Position numbers and translations under genes: made by a program
Assembly: GCA_008632985.1 (NCBI GenBank)
Contig: QPGO01000064.1
Span: forward strand, 248,001-312,000
DNA length: 64,000 nucleotides
Origin: Psammoneis japonica
Taxonomy: Eukaryota
Reading direction: 5' to 3'
Shown here: positions 37,771 to 50,500 of the stretch, one piece after another
Layout of the letters: each line of letters begins with the position of its first letter
Numbering within the stretch: the stretch's first letter is position 1
Notes under the pieces: model-generated
What the model was told of the DNA's origin: nothing
The model's database searches: none
Seen by the model: only the letters and a program-made list of their open reading frames with translations

Positions 37771-39005
37771 ATGGGTACGTTTATAACAGCGTCGGTTACA
37801 TGGCTGGAACGATATGAGTGTTGTTGCTATAGTAAGAATAGGAGAAAACGAAAAGCAAGCGGGTGACGCCGTTGTATGGAACAAACATCCATCCCGTCGT
37901 CGTCATGGTGTGCGCTTGCGTCCGTGTGCGGCTCGATTGGGTACTGGGTCAACTCTAAACAGCACGTTTGCACGCTGAAACCCGTGTGAAGGTCTTTTTC
38001 ATTGCGGCGTCTCTTTCTCGTCCATGTCGTCAAGTCAGTCTATTCCATCCATATCCATCCTCTATGGGCTGTGGTGTCTCGTTGTTGTGTTTGCTATGCT
38101 CTTTGAATCAATCTGCATGATTTTCTTTACGAGAAATCTCACCTTTTTTCTCATGATTTATACTCGTTTCAGTGTCATTGAAATTGCAAAAGCGCCTTGC
38201 CGCTTCCGTTCTCAAGTGCGGAGAGCGCAAGATCTGGTTGGATCCCAATGAGATTAACGAAATCTCGCTTGCCAACTCTCGCAGAAATGTGGCTCGTTTG
38301 CACCGTGATGGGTTTATCATGAAAAAGCCCACGGTGGTGCACTCACGCGCTCGTGTTGCTCTTCGTAACGAGGCCAAGCGCAAGGGACGGCATACCGGTA
38401 CGTTGTATATATTTGTTGTGGTAGGATGCAAAAGCCCTCTTATTACACTCCACACCTTTTATAAATTGCCCACCGAGGAGTGGGGCGCTTTTGGGGGGCA
38501 ACAACATGTAGGCCCTCGAGGCCGACCGGCCAGACAACCGGTGGTCCGCTTCCACGCATGGCTATGGAGAATACAAATCACTCGAGCTGTGTACTAATTG
38601 TCACTTGGACTACATCATCATCTCACTCTATTTCTTTTTCTTAAATTAATAGGAACCGGTAAACGCCGCGGTACCGCCAACGCTCGTCTCCCCCTCAAGG
38701 TCATGTGGATGCGTCGGATTCGTGTCTTGCGTCGTCTCTTGAAAAAGATGCGGGACGCCAAAAAGATTGACAAGCACATTTATCACAGCCTCTACATGTT
38801 GGCCAAGGGTAATCAATTCAAAAACAAGCGAGTCCTTTTGGAAACCATTCACGACATGAAGGCCATCAAGGCGCGTGAAAAGGATCTGGCACAGCAGGCC
38901 GAGGCACGCAAGGGACGTGCTCGTGCTCGTTTGGCACGCAAGGCGGAACGGGAAGCCAAAAAGCAAGAAGCGGCGGCTGCGGCGGCGGCGGGTGATGATG
39001 CGTAA
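37771..39005 (+). CDS. RPL19: 60S ribosomal protein L19 (eL19); exons 37771-37774, 38173-38397, 38653-39005
   Basis: [49 protein letters not shown], with canonical GT-AG introns. Confidence 0.97.
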
Positions 39006-39131
39006 ACTAGTGTAGGTTGGTTGACTAGTAAAGATTATTTATGGAAACCATGTCTTTGTTTTTTGTACTAGTTGTTGTTTTAACATACCGCTATTTACAA
39101 TTGCAAAATTCTACTTCTGATTCAAGTTTAA

Positions 39132-40587
39132 TCAACGATGACGCTTATGCTTCTCATCGGCTGGCAATACCCATCCTTGTACAATATCAAAGGTAGTAAA
39201 GCTGATTGAAAATGCAATCGGTCCCTTGAGCCAATTCATGCTGACGCCTTTGAAGAAACCACGCAACCCCTGTTCCTGAAACAGAGACTTCATGGTGGAA
39301 ACCATGCCACCCTCTGCAGCAGCTGTTGCTGGGGTCGATGAGCCATTCTTTCTTGTTCCATTTTCTGCCACAACGACGGTTTGAGCCGTAACACCCTTGA
39401 CCAAACCAATCGTTTGCATACGCCGTCTCGTTACTTCGAGTGGATACGTGATTGTTTGAGCACAAAGTCCCGACAAGGCACCACATTGCATTCGTTCCAC
39501 AGTTGTCGGATCGCGACGAAACTTGCGGGTAATGGCGTGTTTGGCTTGTTCATTCATGGCAAAGGCAACACCCGAATAGGGTAAAATACCCAACATGGTG
39601 GGTGTAATTCCACGAAACAAGCCCATAAAGCCCTACATATGATAATATAGGAAAGGATAAAAGAGAGAAACGTGAGCAACATGAACATGGACGGCCAAAA
39701 GAGATCTCCAATATACAACGAGGTGATGCGCAATACTCACGCCTCGCGTATGGTTTTCAATTAGAACAGATAGAAAGCCAGGATTCACACCGTGCCGATT
39801 CCGCTTGAGCACAGCCAATTGAGCTCTTGTCAAATCTAGTGGATAGGTACAAGCAACCGAAACAGATCCTGCAATCGATCCAGCCACAAGTGACTCCAAC
39901 GGTGTCAGTCCGACAATGGATGATACCGAAGAGTATCTCTTGAGCAGTGTCTTGTCGTTTGTTACGGTCGTTCTTGTTGTTACGACGGGAGTTGTAGTCT
40001 TGGTCGTTTCTGCCGTCGTTGCTGGTGTTGCCGTAGTATCATAGTGCGAGATTGTGCTTGGAGCTTTGTGTTGTTGTTGTTTTGATTTTTTGGTTGTATT
40101 CTGATGTTTGAGGAAATAGTGTTTGCACCCATCAAACACCATGAATTGAATACCGGCATAAGGAAACACACGAATCATTGTGGCCGTGTTTCCCTTCCAT
40201 AATGCTTGAATCCCTTCTTCTCGAATAATGCGGAGTGCTACTCGTGGTATTTTATACAAGTGAAATTGTGCACTGGACGTTTGATAAAGAATCTTGATGC
40301 GGTCACCGGAGCAACGACACTCTTTGCCACCATGCCTGCAATCCCTCCGCTAACAAATTCCATACCTCTCGGGGAATTTGAACTTGTAATTTCAGAAATT
40401 GTTCATTCTGACGTAAGGGACTCCATGGATAACCCAAGTACCGTGGTGTGTCGTCTTCTTCCTCCTCCTCGTCGTTGTCTGCTTGGTTCAACTCGGTCTC
40501 ATCATCATTCGCTGGAGCAGTCAGCCACTCTTTTTCGCGCACAATGTCGGATGATGCGGTAGTTTTCTCGGATGTTGGTTTGCCCAT
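39132..40587 (-). CDS. Mitochondrial carrier (SLC25A42/A16-like CoA transporter); intron 39633-39740, frameshift ~40270-40300
   Basis: Three carrier repeats: VAPV.RIKIL, TYPLDLTRAQ, TYPLEVTRRRMQ. Also LWKGNTATMIRVFPYAGIQF. Confidence 0.9.
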
Positions 40588-40949
40588 GTTTCGTTAACTT
40601 TTAATGGTACAACCTATTCAGAAAGTGAACGTTAAGCAATTTCCCTTCTCTTTTAGGCCATGTGCTATCACAAATCGTTGTCAAAGCGTCGCTGCCAGTA
40701 TGACTCACACAACAACATCGACACGAGAGCGAGAAAATAAAAAGCTGGAAGCACATCAGTTGAAACCTCCGCGCGAATCTGTCGCGCGAGAATCAATCTG
40801 ACGCGTCTGTCAGCTTCCGTATTAATCCGTTAAAAAGTGGTTACTAGCTACCAAAGAGACTTGTATTGTTTTACATGCGTGAAGTTTGTACCAGACCTAC
40901 GTCCTAATCGCGAAAAGAGATTGGAGGCATTGATGACCGGCAGAATGAC

Positions 40950-41560
40950 TTTTGGATCCAACAATGACTTCTCAAGTCACTTTGTCAATGAGGCCCAACA
41001 TGTTTTTGAATGACTGTTCTCTCGCTTCTTTCCGAGCATTTCCGATGCGAGGGGTGAGGGGCGCTTTGGCCTTGCTAGCTGGATGTCGCCTCTCTCCCAT
41101 GTAGATGATGAGCCTCATCCATGAGCCTCTCTCTGTTTCCATGTCTGAAGAGAGAAATGGAGATGAAAGGATGGAGCCCTCAACAAGCCAGAAGAAGCCG
41201 GCCCAGCTTCGTGCTCTTGCTGCGAGACCCCTCTTCCAGCCTTTTTTCTCTGGCTGGGGCACTCTTTTTGCTTTGTTTGTTGCTGCGGGTGCCCACCAGC
41301 AAGCTAGAAAGCAAGGTAGATTCTCTGTTGTTTAGAAAAATGGCACATTTCATGAGCCCCGCCACACCCACCACAGCTGCCAGCAGAGAGACAAGACAGG
41401 TTTCTTTGTCACACCAGCGCTCTCTGCTGCATGCAGTGGGCTCTTTCCAGAGGGCCCTGGGGCACCAAGCAGAAGCCATGTGTGAAACAACTGGCCAGAA
41501 AGAAAAGTGATCGTGGTGCCTGGTGGTGGTGCAGTTCAAAAATAAAAAGTGATCGTCGTG
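40950..41560. other. TpA-depleted island B (probable repeat fragment)
   Basis: ~600 bp with only ~6 TA, flanked by TA-normal intergenic DNA. Confidence 0.7.
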
Positions 41561-42102
41561 ACGACTTCACTTTATAATTTTGTCACAGACATACGGCTTT
41601 AGTTTACTCGTAATCAAGAACGAAGGACTTGGAATGCTTATCCGTTGAGTTTGGGCAGTTCCAAAGCATTTAGTGACTGTCCATTCCACTTACCAATCTG
41701 TAAGATATGAAAGAAAACGAAAGTCGCTATTTTCAGTCGGATATCGCACTAAGTATTTCAGCCCAAGACAATGTAGTAAAGCGAATCCTACCAAGAATCA
41801 AGATTGAGACGTATGTAACTTACTTGCCACGTGGAAGGCCTGACTGTGCTTTCCTAAGCATGCACTCGCATTGGGCCTGTAGACAGCCAGATGACTGCAT
41901 AAATGTTCCCGTTTTAGCGGGCGCTCCTACTCGTGGATAATTATTGTTCACAGCTACGTAGGAATCCTACTGAGGTCAACGCAAAAACGGTATCTTCCTT
42001 CTCAATTTTCAACGGATCGATTCGCGGCCACGCTGTTTGTTCATAAAAGGTTCTTGGCAGATGAAACATTATCACAATACAACGCAGCAGACAGTTGCAA
42101 CA

Positions 42103-43008
42103 ATGAAGATCTCTACCTCCAACCTTCCTGTCTCATCCTTTGATAAGTCTGCTCCGTCGGCTGCTATGGTTGGTACGGCGACTATGACGACGACAAGCAC
42201 CGTTGTCAGCGACGACGAGTTGTCCATTCCCTCGGAGCCTGAAACAGTCGTGAATAAGGTGTACCAAGAGTGGAAAACCGGCGGATCGAACAACGACTCA
42301 ATCCTTCACCACGAACCAGATCTCATGGAGGTGGATGAGATTCTTGAGTCTGATATGATTCCTGAAACTATGGACGAGTGCGGTGCTGCTCTGGATTTTA
42401 CTCTTAGCGGTGAGACTCCGCTTTCCATGACTGTGGAAGAAGAAGAACGGCTCATTCATCCCTTCTCGCCCATGCCCGCGATGAAGTTGACTTCTCAGTC
42501 TTGGGATGAACCACCGTTTAGTCCGCTCTTGACCAAGGACAGGTATATGGCTGCTTGTGTCTCTCCTACCACTCTCCATGGAGAAATGGAGACTTCTTTG
42601 GAACAAGAAGAAAACGAGAAGAAGAAGCGAAAGTTGTCGCCTCTTCCTTCTCCTCCATTGACTTCGAAAGCCACCAAGGACGATAAGGAACTCACCATGG
42701 AGGAAAAGCTTGAGAACGCAAGTCAGAAACTCGCTGAATCCATGAAGCGCAGTCAAATGACAAGAGCCAGTCTCATTTTCAAGCCCATGGTGGACGAGTA
42801 CACAGACGAGAACGACGTCAAGAGCTTGCTTGGAAAGATTGAAGAATCGACCAATCAAATCCATCAGCAAATGAACTTGAAGCGATCCAACAAGGATGGA
42901 TTCTCAGAAGAAAGTATCCGAAAGCTTCTCTACACGATTGAAGAATCTACAAGTCAATTGCAAAGACGGCTCTCCTTCACTTCCGATACTAGTACTACCG
43001 AGCAATAA
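42103..43008 (+). CDS. Hypothetical acidic protein
   Basis: Intact ORF of ~300 aa with KLAESMKRSQMTR and LL..IEEST.Q repeated twice. Confidence 0.7.
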   Translation: MKISTSNLPVSSFDKSAPSAAMVGTATMTTTSTVVSDDELSIPSEPETVVNKVYQEWKTGGSNNDSILHHEPDLMEVDEILESDMIPETMDECGAALDFTLSGETPLSMTVEEEERLIHPFSPMPAMKLTSQSWDEPPFSPLLTKDRYMAACVSPTTLHGEMETSLEQEENEKKKRKLSPLPSPPLTSKATKDDKELTMEEKLENASQKLAESMKRSQMTRASLIFKPMVDEYTDENDVKSLLGKIEESTNQIHQQMNLKRSNKDGFSEESIRKLLYTIEESTSQLQRRLSFTSDTSTTEQ

Positions 43009-43085
43009 AACTACTGTATAGAGGGGAACATCATTTTTGCACTTCTTTTGGTATATACTATACTCCGTATCAAGCTTTTTAAAGG

Positions 43086-43740
43086 TTCATCGTCGCGGTG
43101 TCATAAGCGGTTTCTCGTTGGATTACTTGAAAATATATGCCGACACAAGGCGCATGGAACGCTTATCTATCATTCCAACTAAGCTTTGTTTACAAGGGGC
43201 AAATGAGAAAACGACACCAAGCAGCTGCTTTCTTTAAGTCTGGTGTTCAAAATCTACTCCAGAATCTACGGTAATGCAGACTTCTCGCTGAAAGATTGAG
43301 TTCTAGGTCCTACCTTTTGCGACATCCAACACTTTATGAGAGATGGAAGTAACACTTCTTATTGGTTCTTTTCATGATATACCCCTTGTAACTAGATGCT
43401 CCAACAATAGTCGAACTTACCACGGCAAAGACGTACCAAGCTCTTTACACTTCAACGTTGCGGTGTCATCAGGGGTTTCTCGATGGCATGCTCATCTATG
43501 ATTTCCAACTGTGCTTTGTGTGCAGGGGGCAAATGAGAAAAGGACACCTAACAGTTGATTTCTTTTAAAAAATCCGGTGTTGAAAATCCACTGCAGACTT
43601 GTTCGCTGAAAGACTGAGTTCTATGTCCTGTTGCACACCTCATTAGAGATGGGACTGACACTTCTTGCAGGCATTTTTCATGACATGCCCCGTTGAACCA
43701 GATGCTCCAAAACCAGTCGAACTTGTTGCAGGCAAGGAAA
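43086..43740 (+). repeat. Diverged tandem duplication (copy 1 ~43086-43450, copy 2 ~43451-43740)
   Basis: Shared GCGGTGTCAT, GGGGCAAATGAGAAAA, CGCTGAAAGA.TGAGTTCTA and AGATGCTCCAA..AGTCGAACTT. Confidence 0.9.
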
Positions 43741-43819
43741 GCGTTTGGGCGCTGTGCACACCAAAGACACAAGAGCAACTTGGACAACTGACTTGGCTGT
43801 CACAAACAACATGTGCACA

Positions 43820-44650
43820 GTTACAAACATTTTTTTCTTGCGGCATCTATTTTTCTGCCTCTGCAAGCTGCAAGAATCCTCACAATGAGCCTTTCATTGA
43901 AGTCAATTGCACTGCGGTGCATTTTGAACTCCTTGACAAGTTTTTCAATGGTCTCTGGAGACATGGATCCCTCCTTGACCTCCAGAGATGTGCCAGCATT
44001 TTCCATGTAAGAGCAAATGCATGGTCAGAAAAACTTGCGTGCTTTTTCAGTGGTGAGCACATTTTTTGCCAACAGTCATTCTCGTGTGAACCAATTCCCC
44101 AATGTCTTGCTTTTCCCTCTTCCTTGACAAGCAAAGGTCGCAAGCAATGGCGCTGCTTTGTCAGCACCCAACAACATTCCTGCCATTTCTGGGTGACACT
44201 TGGTTGTTCAGTCAGTTGCCACAATTATTTTGCAACCTGCTCAAGGCAGCCACAGGAGAAGACCTGTTGACAGTGGCTTCTTGTGGTTGCTTTGGCACTG
44301 ATTGGAGGATTGCATCAACAGGAATCATTGTGGCTCTCAGAGTCATTGTGCAGAAATTGTGTGGAAGAGTGCCAGAAACAATCGTCATCATTCTGTCCAC
44401 CCTTCCACACATGAGTGTCAACTTCTCGGGAAATCAATTGAAATGTCATCTGACCAAAGGCACTGCTCTTCACCATGCAAATCAAAACACCTTTGGTCAA
44501 ACAACACTTCAATTGAGTTTCCGAAAAGTCGCCAGCTCCAGTCACCCTCTCGCACGACATTGTGCGCATTTCTCTGCACGATTTGGTGTTTTTCCTTGTG
44601 ACTCTTGTGACATTTTCAAATGATTCCTGTTGCATGCAATGTGGTCAAAG
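43820..44650 (-). mobile_element. Degenerate IS630/Tc1-mariner-like DDE transposase C-terminal relic
   Basis: Frame-broken TKCHPEMAG..ECCW..TKQRH, VLTTEKARKF and IEKLVKEFKMHRSAIDF segments. Confidence 0.5.
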
Positions 44651-45199
44651 GGGGTGAAGGCCACCCTTTGCACAAAAGGCGCAGCTTTTGATTGTGCAAA
44701 AGTGGCACGATGCAAGAGCAATGGCTGCAACAAGCACTTGAGTTCTTTTGTCAAACTGGCAATGGAAATCAACAAAGTTGTGGCATTGGCACTGGCATCT
44801 TTGGTTGTTCTGTACAAGGGTGTGATGGCATTGAGGAGATCAGCACAGCTTGCAACATTTTTGGCTTTGGGGGTGTTGTTGGGACCAAATGAGGCACCCG
44901 TGCAAATGACATTGGAAGCAACCAAAAGGACATTTGGGCTCTGCTGCAATGTTTTGGCCCTCCAACTTTGATGAAAAGGATTGGCCCATGCTGCCACAAT
45001 CACTCCAAAAGGTTCAACTGGCAAGGAGCTGGTGCCGCTGAAGGAGAAGTGAGAAAAAGCATCAGCAGTTGTTGCACTCAATGCAGCCGTTGACCCAATG
45101 GCAATGACAACCCATCTTTCTAGAGAAATTGAACAGCACAACCACCTTTCATCACACAATGCTGTGCCAGTTGCCTGGAGTTTCTGCTGTCTTGTTGTT

Positions 45200-47450
45200 T
45201 TCCTCAATGGCCAACATCACATGAATGAGATTGTTGGTTGTTGTGTGGGACTGTGTGTGCACCTTGGCACTTCTTGCTCTTTGCAGGCATGACACACCAC
45301 AACATGAGGAGGCTCTCCACACTCAGCCCAAACTGGCTTTGGGACACCCTGCCCATGTTCTCAGCTGCAACCTTGTCAATGTCTGGGAACAGCAAACCAT
45401 CTCTCTTGGGTGCACCACCCAGCCTTCTGGATTGAATTTTGAATCTTTGTCAATTTTGCATGCCTGTCATGACGTGCCCACAGAACAGCTTGCCCCACAA
45501 TGCATCTGCGCTGAAGCTGGGCATCTTGCATCTTGTGCGCAACCCTGCAGTGCTCCTGGTTGACATTTTGACAATGTGTGTTTGCTGTTGACAAGGTGAT
45601 CAGGGAGGACTTGGTTGCAAGGACCTCAAAAAACTTGAGGGAACAAGCAATCTGTTTTCACAAAACCTTTGTCCCCCGTGCATTCTGTGCTGGGCAGAAT
45701 TTTCCAAAGCCTGAGACAGATGTCTCTTGGCTCTGAATCCTCATCCAATGTGTGACTTTCTGGAGTCAAGGGGCCACCAAGCCAGCGCAACACATCCCAA
45801 CAATGCTCTTTTGTCATTTCCAAGTGCACACCAAGAATGTCACAATGCAGCTCCTTCTTGCTGCGCAGCCAATGAAGACACTCATGAATCTCAAGCTGTT
45901 GCAGAGGCTCCTCTGGAGAATTTTTTGTGACAATCCCAAAGCCTTCTCACTCAATTTGCTCTTCCATTTGATTTTGATTTTAACACAACAACTGTGTCAC
46001 CCCCGCCACTCCAGAGTCTTAAATCTTTTCACATCGGCATCTGCCAAAGCCTCGCAAATGTCAACCACTCATCAGCGGCATTGATGGCATGCTCACAATT
46101 TGACTTTGTTGCATTGGCAGAGCCATCTGCTCCATGAGTCAAGCTGCAAATGCTTTCAATGTCAGTTGTGTGCAAGTTGGAACTCTCGCCTTCAGTGCTC
46201 CAATTGCTGTTGCTGTCATCATCTGACCCAACAAAGTTGCCAGCTTCTGAAAACTCATGATGACTCTGCTTCCTCCAGAGTGAACATTTCTGGCATGTTG
46301 CATTGAATCTTCATTGGTTGCATCCTTGTCCATTGCACCCTCATCAACCAACTTTGCCACCTCCTCCAGTTCTTTTCCTGCCAAAAAAATTGACTCAAAC
46401 CATCCAGCAACTCAAGACATTTTGAACCAGTTTTCATTTGGCACTGTCTTTCCACTCTGCAATCATGGCTTTTTCCTTTGGGCAAGCTCCTGTCAACTCC
46501 ACAAAATGTCTCTTGTCAGCCCATGCACCATGTGCCCTGGTGTGCTCAAACAACAGAGCACAAGGAGCAACAAAGTCTGTCCACAGAAAGACAGAGCAAC
46601 GTGCCTTGTTGCCATGCTCTGTGTGTGCACAGTGTGCTGCAACATCCTTTTTACGGTCTCCAAAGTTGCATCTTTCCCATGAAACAACTCAGCTGTTTTT
46701 GATGCATCCTTCTTTGTGAATTTGTTGGGCCTTCTTTCATTTTTGAAATGCTTGCAAGGCATTGGCAATGCAGACAGGAATTCTCCATGCTTTTCCCACC
46801 TTGGCCTGTGTTGATTTGGACAATTTAAGACAGCAGCAAGCACAAAGCCAAAAATGCAGTCAGCATGCTCTCAAATGGGACAACAGTGAATGAAACACTT
46901 CACAGTCAGCACCTGTTCAAACTGAGTTGGTGTCACTGGATCACACACAAGTTTCTTCTCCTTTGAGTCAAACATCACTTTGGGAACCTCCAACATGGCA
47001 CATCAGAAAGAAAGGAAGCCACACACTTCTCAGCCTTGAAAGCAATTGAAGCCTGCCCAAACAAATCCTTTGCAGCAATGGGGTTGCTGTTGTGCCATTC
47101 TTCAGAAGTCAGTTGGCAGCGGTTTGCAGAGTTGTCCTCAAGAAACTCTGCCAAACAGTCCTCTGCATGCTCAGTGAGACAAGCCAAATCAACATCAGGT
47201 TCTGCCTCAGCTTTGCACTTCTTCCTGCTCTTGGCAGCCCAGCTGCTGACCTCTCTTTTGTGCATTTCACATCAGCCCTGGCAATGACTTTAACTCCACA
47301 TTTGAAAGCACATGATTGTTCTCTTTGTTTTCTCATCTCTTTGGCTCAAATTGACAAACTCTCCAAATGTTTGACTGCCGCAAGCTTGCTTGTGTTCCTC
47401 AAGCTTCTGACAAGCAAGATGCTCATTGCGCGCATGTCCTTGCAATGGTT
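45200..47450 (-). mobile_element. Degenerate PIF/Harbinger-ISL2EU-type (DDE_Tnp_4) transposase relic
   Basis: EEWH...AAKDLFG, PRWEKHGEFLSAL, ELFHGKD, LEIHECLH and LRLWKILP..GDKGF motifs with frameshifts. Confidence 0.65.
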
Positions 47451-47599
47451 TTATGAGTCACCTGCTTTGTTCTTGGCTGGAGGTGAAGAAAAGCAGCTTT
47501 CCATGCTTTTTCACACTGCGCTGAGGGTCAAATTTGTCAGCAACCACCTTTGCATCTGCTGCGAAGAACGAGTGTGAACGAAAGCAGAGCGAAGTTCGA

Positions 47600-50500
47600 A
47601 AAGTGAAAATTGTGAGATTGAATTTTGCTCTGTGATTTTTGGTTTCTCCGAAACGAGTTCTCAATGGCCTGAAGCTTCTGCACTGCTTCCACAGACAAAA
47701 GGCCTTTTGGAGAAGATGTTTGTGACAACAGATTGTCCGGATGCGATTGCTGTTGACACGTGAGATGTCAACATCGTCAATCGATCGCACCTGCAATTTT
47801 CGACATCTGATCAACTCTGTGTGATCGTTCTGTCCTTTGCATGCATCCACGACTGTGGCTGCGATTGACGCGCAAATGACACACAATTGCAAACATGTGT
47901 GCAACAGTTGCGTGCTGCACTCGCCTCCCCAATTGCACATTGAAGTTGTTCGTCAAGTGGAACAATTTGACGGACATTGATTTTGTCAACAATGTCTCCA
48001 CGTTAACTGCATTGTGCCATTGGCAATGACTGTTGTTGTTTTGGGTGGGCCAGCATGCATGGGACCGTTTCAATTTCCAAACGTCTTTTGAGAGCATCGT
48101 GATTTGTCTCACGCTTCATGTGTGTGCATGATGCTCTCTGTGCATGTGTGCATGTGGTGTGCTGTGGCATTGCATCGAGCATTCTCTCTGACATTGTTTT
48201 GTTCATGTGGGCACAAGGACCAACTGTCCTGCTGTTCTTTCATGGTGTCGATTGCACACAGCATCATGATTGCACACAGCATCATGCCCAGTGCTCGATG
48301 TGCGCTCTTGTTTGTGGCATTCACTTGCTCGCTGGTGGATTTCGCGCAGTTTGGCGGCTCACTTCATGTGCCACATTGCTCTGCTGCACCACCACGTTTC
48401 TCAAGCAGCAATCAACGATGGTCAAGGATGTGACCATTTCGTCTTGGCAATCAATCCTGTGATGGTCATGAATTCCATTGTGGATTTTTTGTGCTTCAAC
48501 CATCTGTCAGTTGGATTTTGGTCGTCACTTGGATGTTTCTTTTTGACATGCCGGCATCATTTGTCATTCCAAAGGCATTGGTTTCGTGCACCAAGTGGAC
48601 AAATGTCCATTTTTCTTTTCTTTTTCTAGATCTTTGGCACATCTTGTGTGTCGACATGATGCATGTTTTAATGTCTTGCCTCGCACATTGTGCAATGCAA
48701 CCGCGCGGGTGTTGTGAGATTGTCTTTTGCCAGTGTGAAGTGGATGCTGCAACAGTTTTTCTGACCGTCCTTTAAAACAAGGCGATTTTGTCCTTGTGAC
48801 ATGAGCATTTTTCGATCTCGCTTGCCTCCACGAAAAGTGTTCGCACAACATGTCGCGTCCGACAATTTGGAGGGAAATGTCTTTGTCCCATTTTAACGGC
48901 AGGACATTGTCGCAGGATTCAACACTCCGCAGCAAGTCGGCTTTTTTGATTTTAAATTGTGGTGTTCCATGTTTGAAACAAACAGCGTTTCAATCTTTCA
49001 CAATTGGTCAAATTCCTTTTAAATGGACGCCCCCAAGGACTGTGACAGGAGAAGGTTCTCACACGTCGCAGAATCACGTCAGATTTTTCACGGTGAGGTC
49101 CACTGGTTCGCCCCACTCCTTTGTCTGAGGAACTTTTCAAAAGGATTTTGAACCTCTTAAGAAGGAGACTGAGTGGCTGCATTGTTTTGGATTGGATGCA
49201 TTGCTGCAGCTGTCACTTGATTGGAATCGACGGCGTGACAATGTGAGTCGAAGACCACTGGTCTCATCATTGACTCTGTTTGCTGCGTCACATTTCTCAA
49301 TGTGATCGGCATTCAGCTGGAACATTTTTGTGTCGAAGAGTGCATCAACATTCTTCACAGGGCAATTGCTTCACTCCCATTTGATTTCTTCAATTGCGCA
49401 GTCTAACATGATTGCAAGACTGGACACCAAGTCGCGTCCCATGATCACATTGCTCGACCTTGAAGAAGATTTCGTGTCATCGACACATGCTGTTTGAACA
49501 TCAGTGTGTCTTAAATTTGCACAGTGAGAACTGGACTTGGTTTCTGCTGTCAGTCGTGAAGAGCTCACCCTTGGTTTCCCAAGTTTTTTGGTGGCGGACA
49601 TTTTGGTTCTCAACTTTCGCACGATTTTGCGCAAAATCATGGGCTGATGATGTTCTTTGTCGAGAAGAACGTGCTGAAGCTTGTTTTTTGCTTTTCTCAG
49701 AGAAGCAGTCATGCAGATGGCAAGAACAGGACTCGCGCAACATGCCATGATGTTTTTTCTGGGTTTCCAGACGTCCTGCAATGCGGCACACTCCTCGATC
49801 GGTGTAAATTTTTGATCGGACTCGATCGGGTCAATTTTTCTAAATTGACAGTTTTGTTCATCAAGCATTTTAGAGTCGCAACTTTCGCTCTTGTTTTCTC
49901 GTTCCTTTGCCAAGCAACTCGCTTTGTTGGTTTTTGTGAACTGCCCAGTCACTGTGGAGCTCAGTTCCTCTTTCACAGAGGTGTTTCTGCTGTCGTCACG
50001 CGACCGCGCGCGATTGCTGTCAGAGCATCACATTTTTTTGGGTCTCTTTCAGAGCCACCCTTGCACTCTTTTGCTCTTTTTCTTGTTCAAGGAACTCGCT
50101 TTGAGCATTTTTTTGAACTGCCTGATCAATCATGATGTTCAACTCTTTTTTTGCGAGCGGCATTTTCGTTGTCGCGACGCCACGTGCGACTGCCATTAGA
50201 ACAGCGCCGTTTCGGATCACGCTCAATGTGTCCACGGCATTCTTTCGCTGGTTCATTTTTAGAACAGCTTCAATCCATGATGCAGGTGTTCTTTTTTCAA
50301 AGATTGCACCTTTTGTTCACTTTGGATTGTTCAGGTGCCATGTGGGAGACCATTTTGGAATCAAATTTGGAGCCATTTTGGTTTTGGAATCAACTTTGCT
50401 GTCAGCGCCTGATTTGACACATTTTTTCATCATGGACGTCTTCAACGACCTTTGGATGACTCAAAACTTAATCAGCTCATCAAGGATGAGTTGCGACAGT

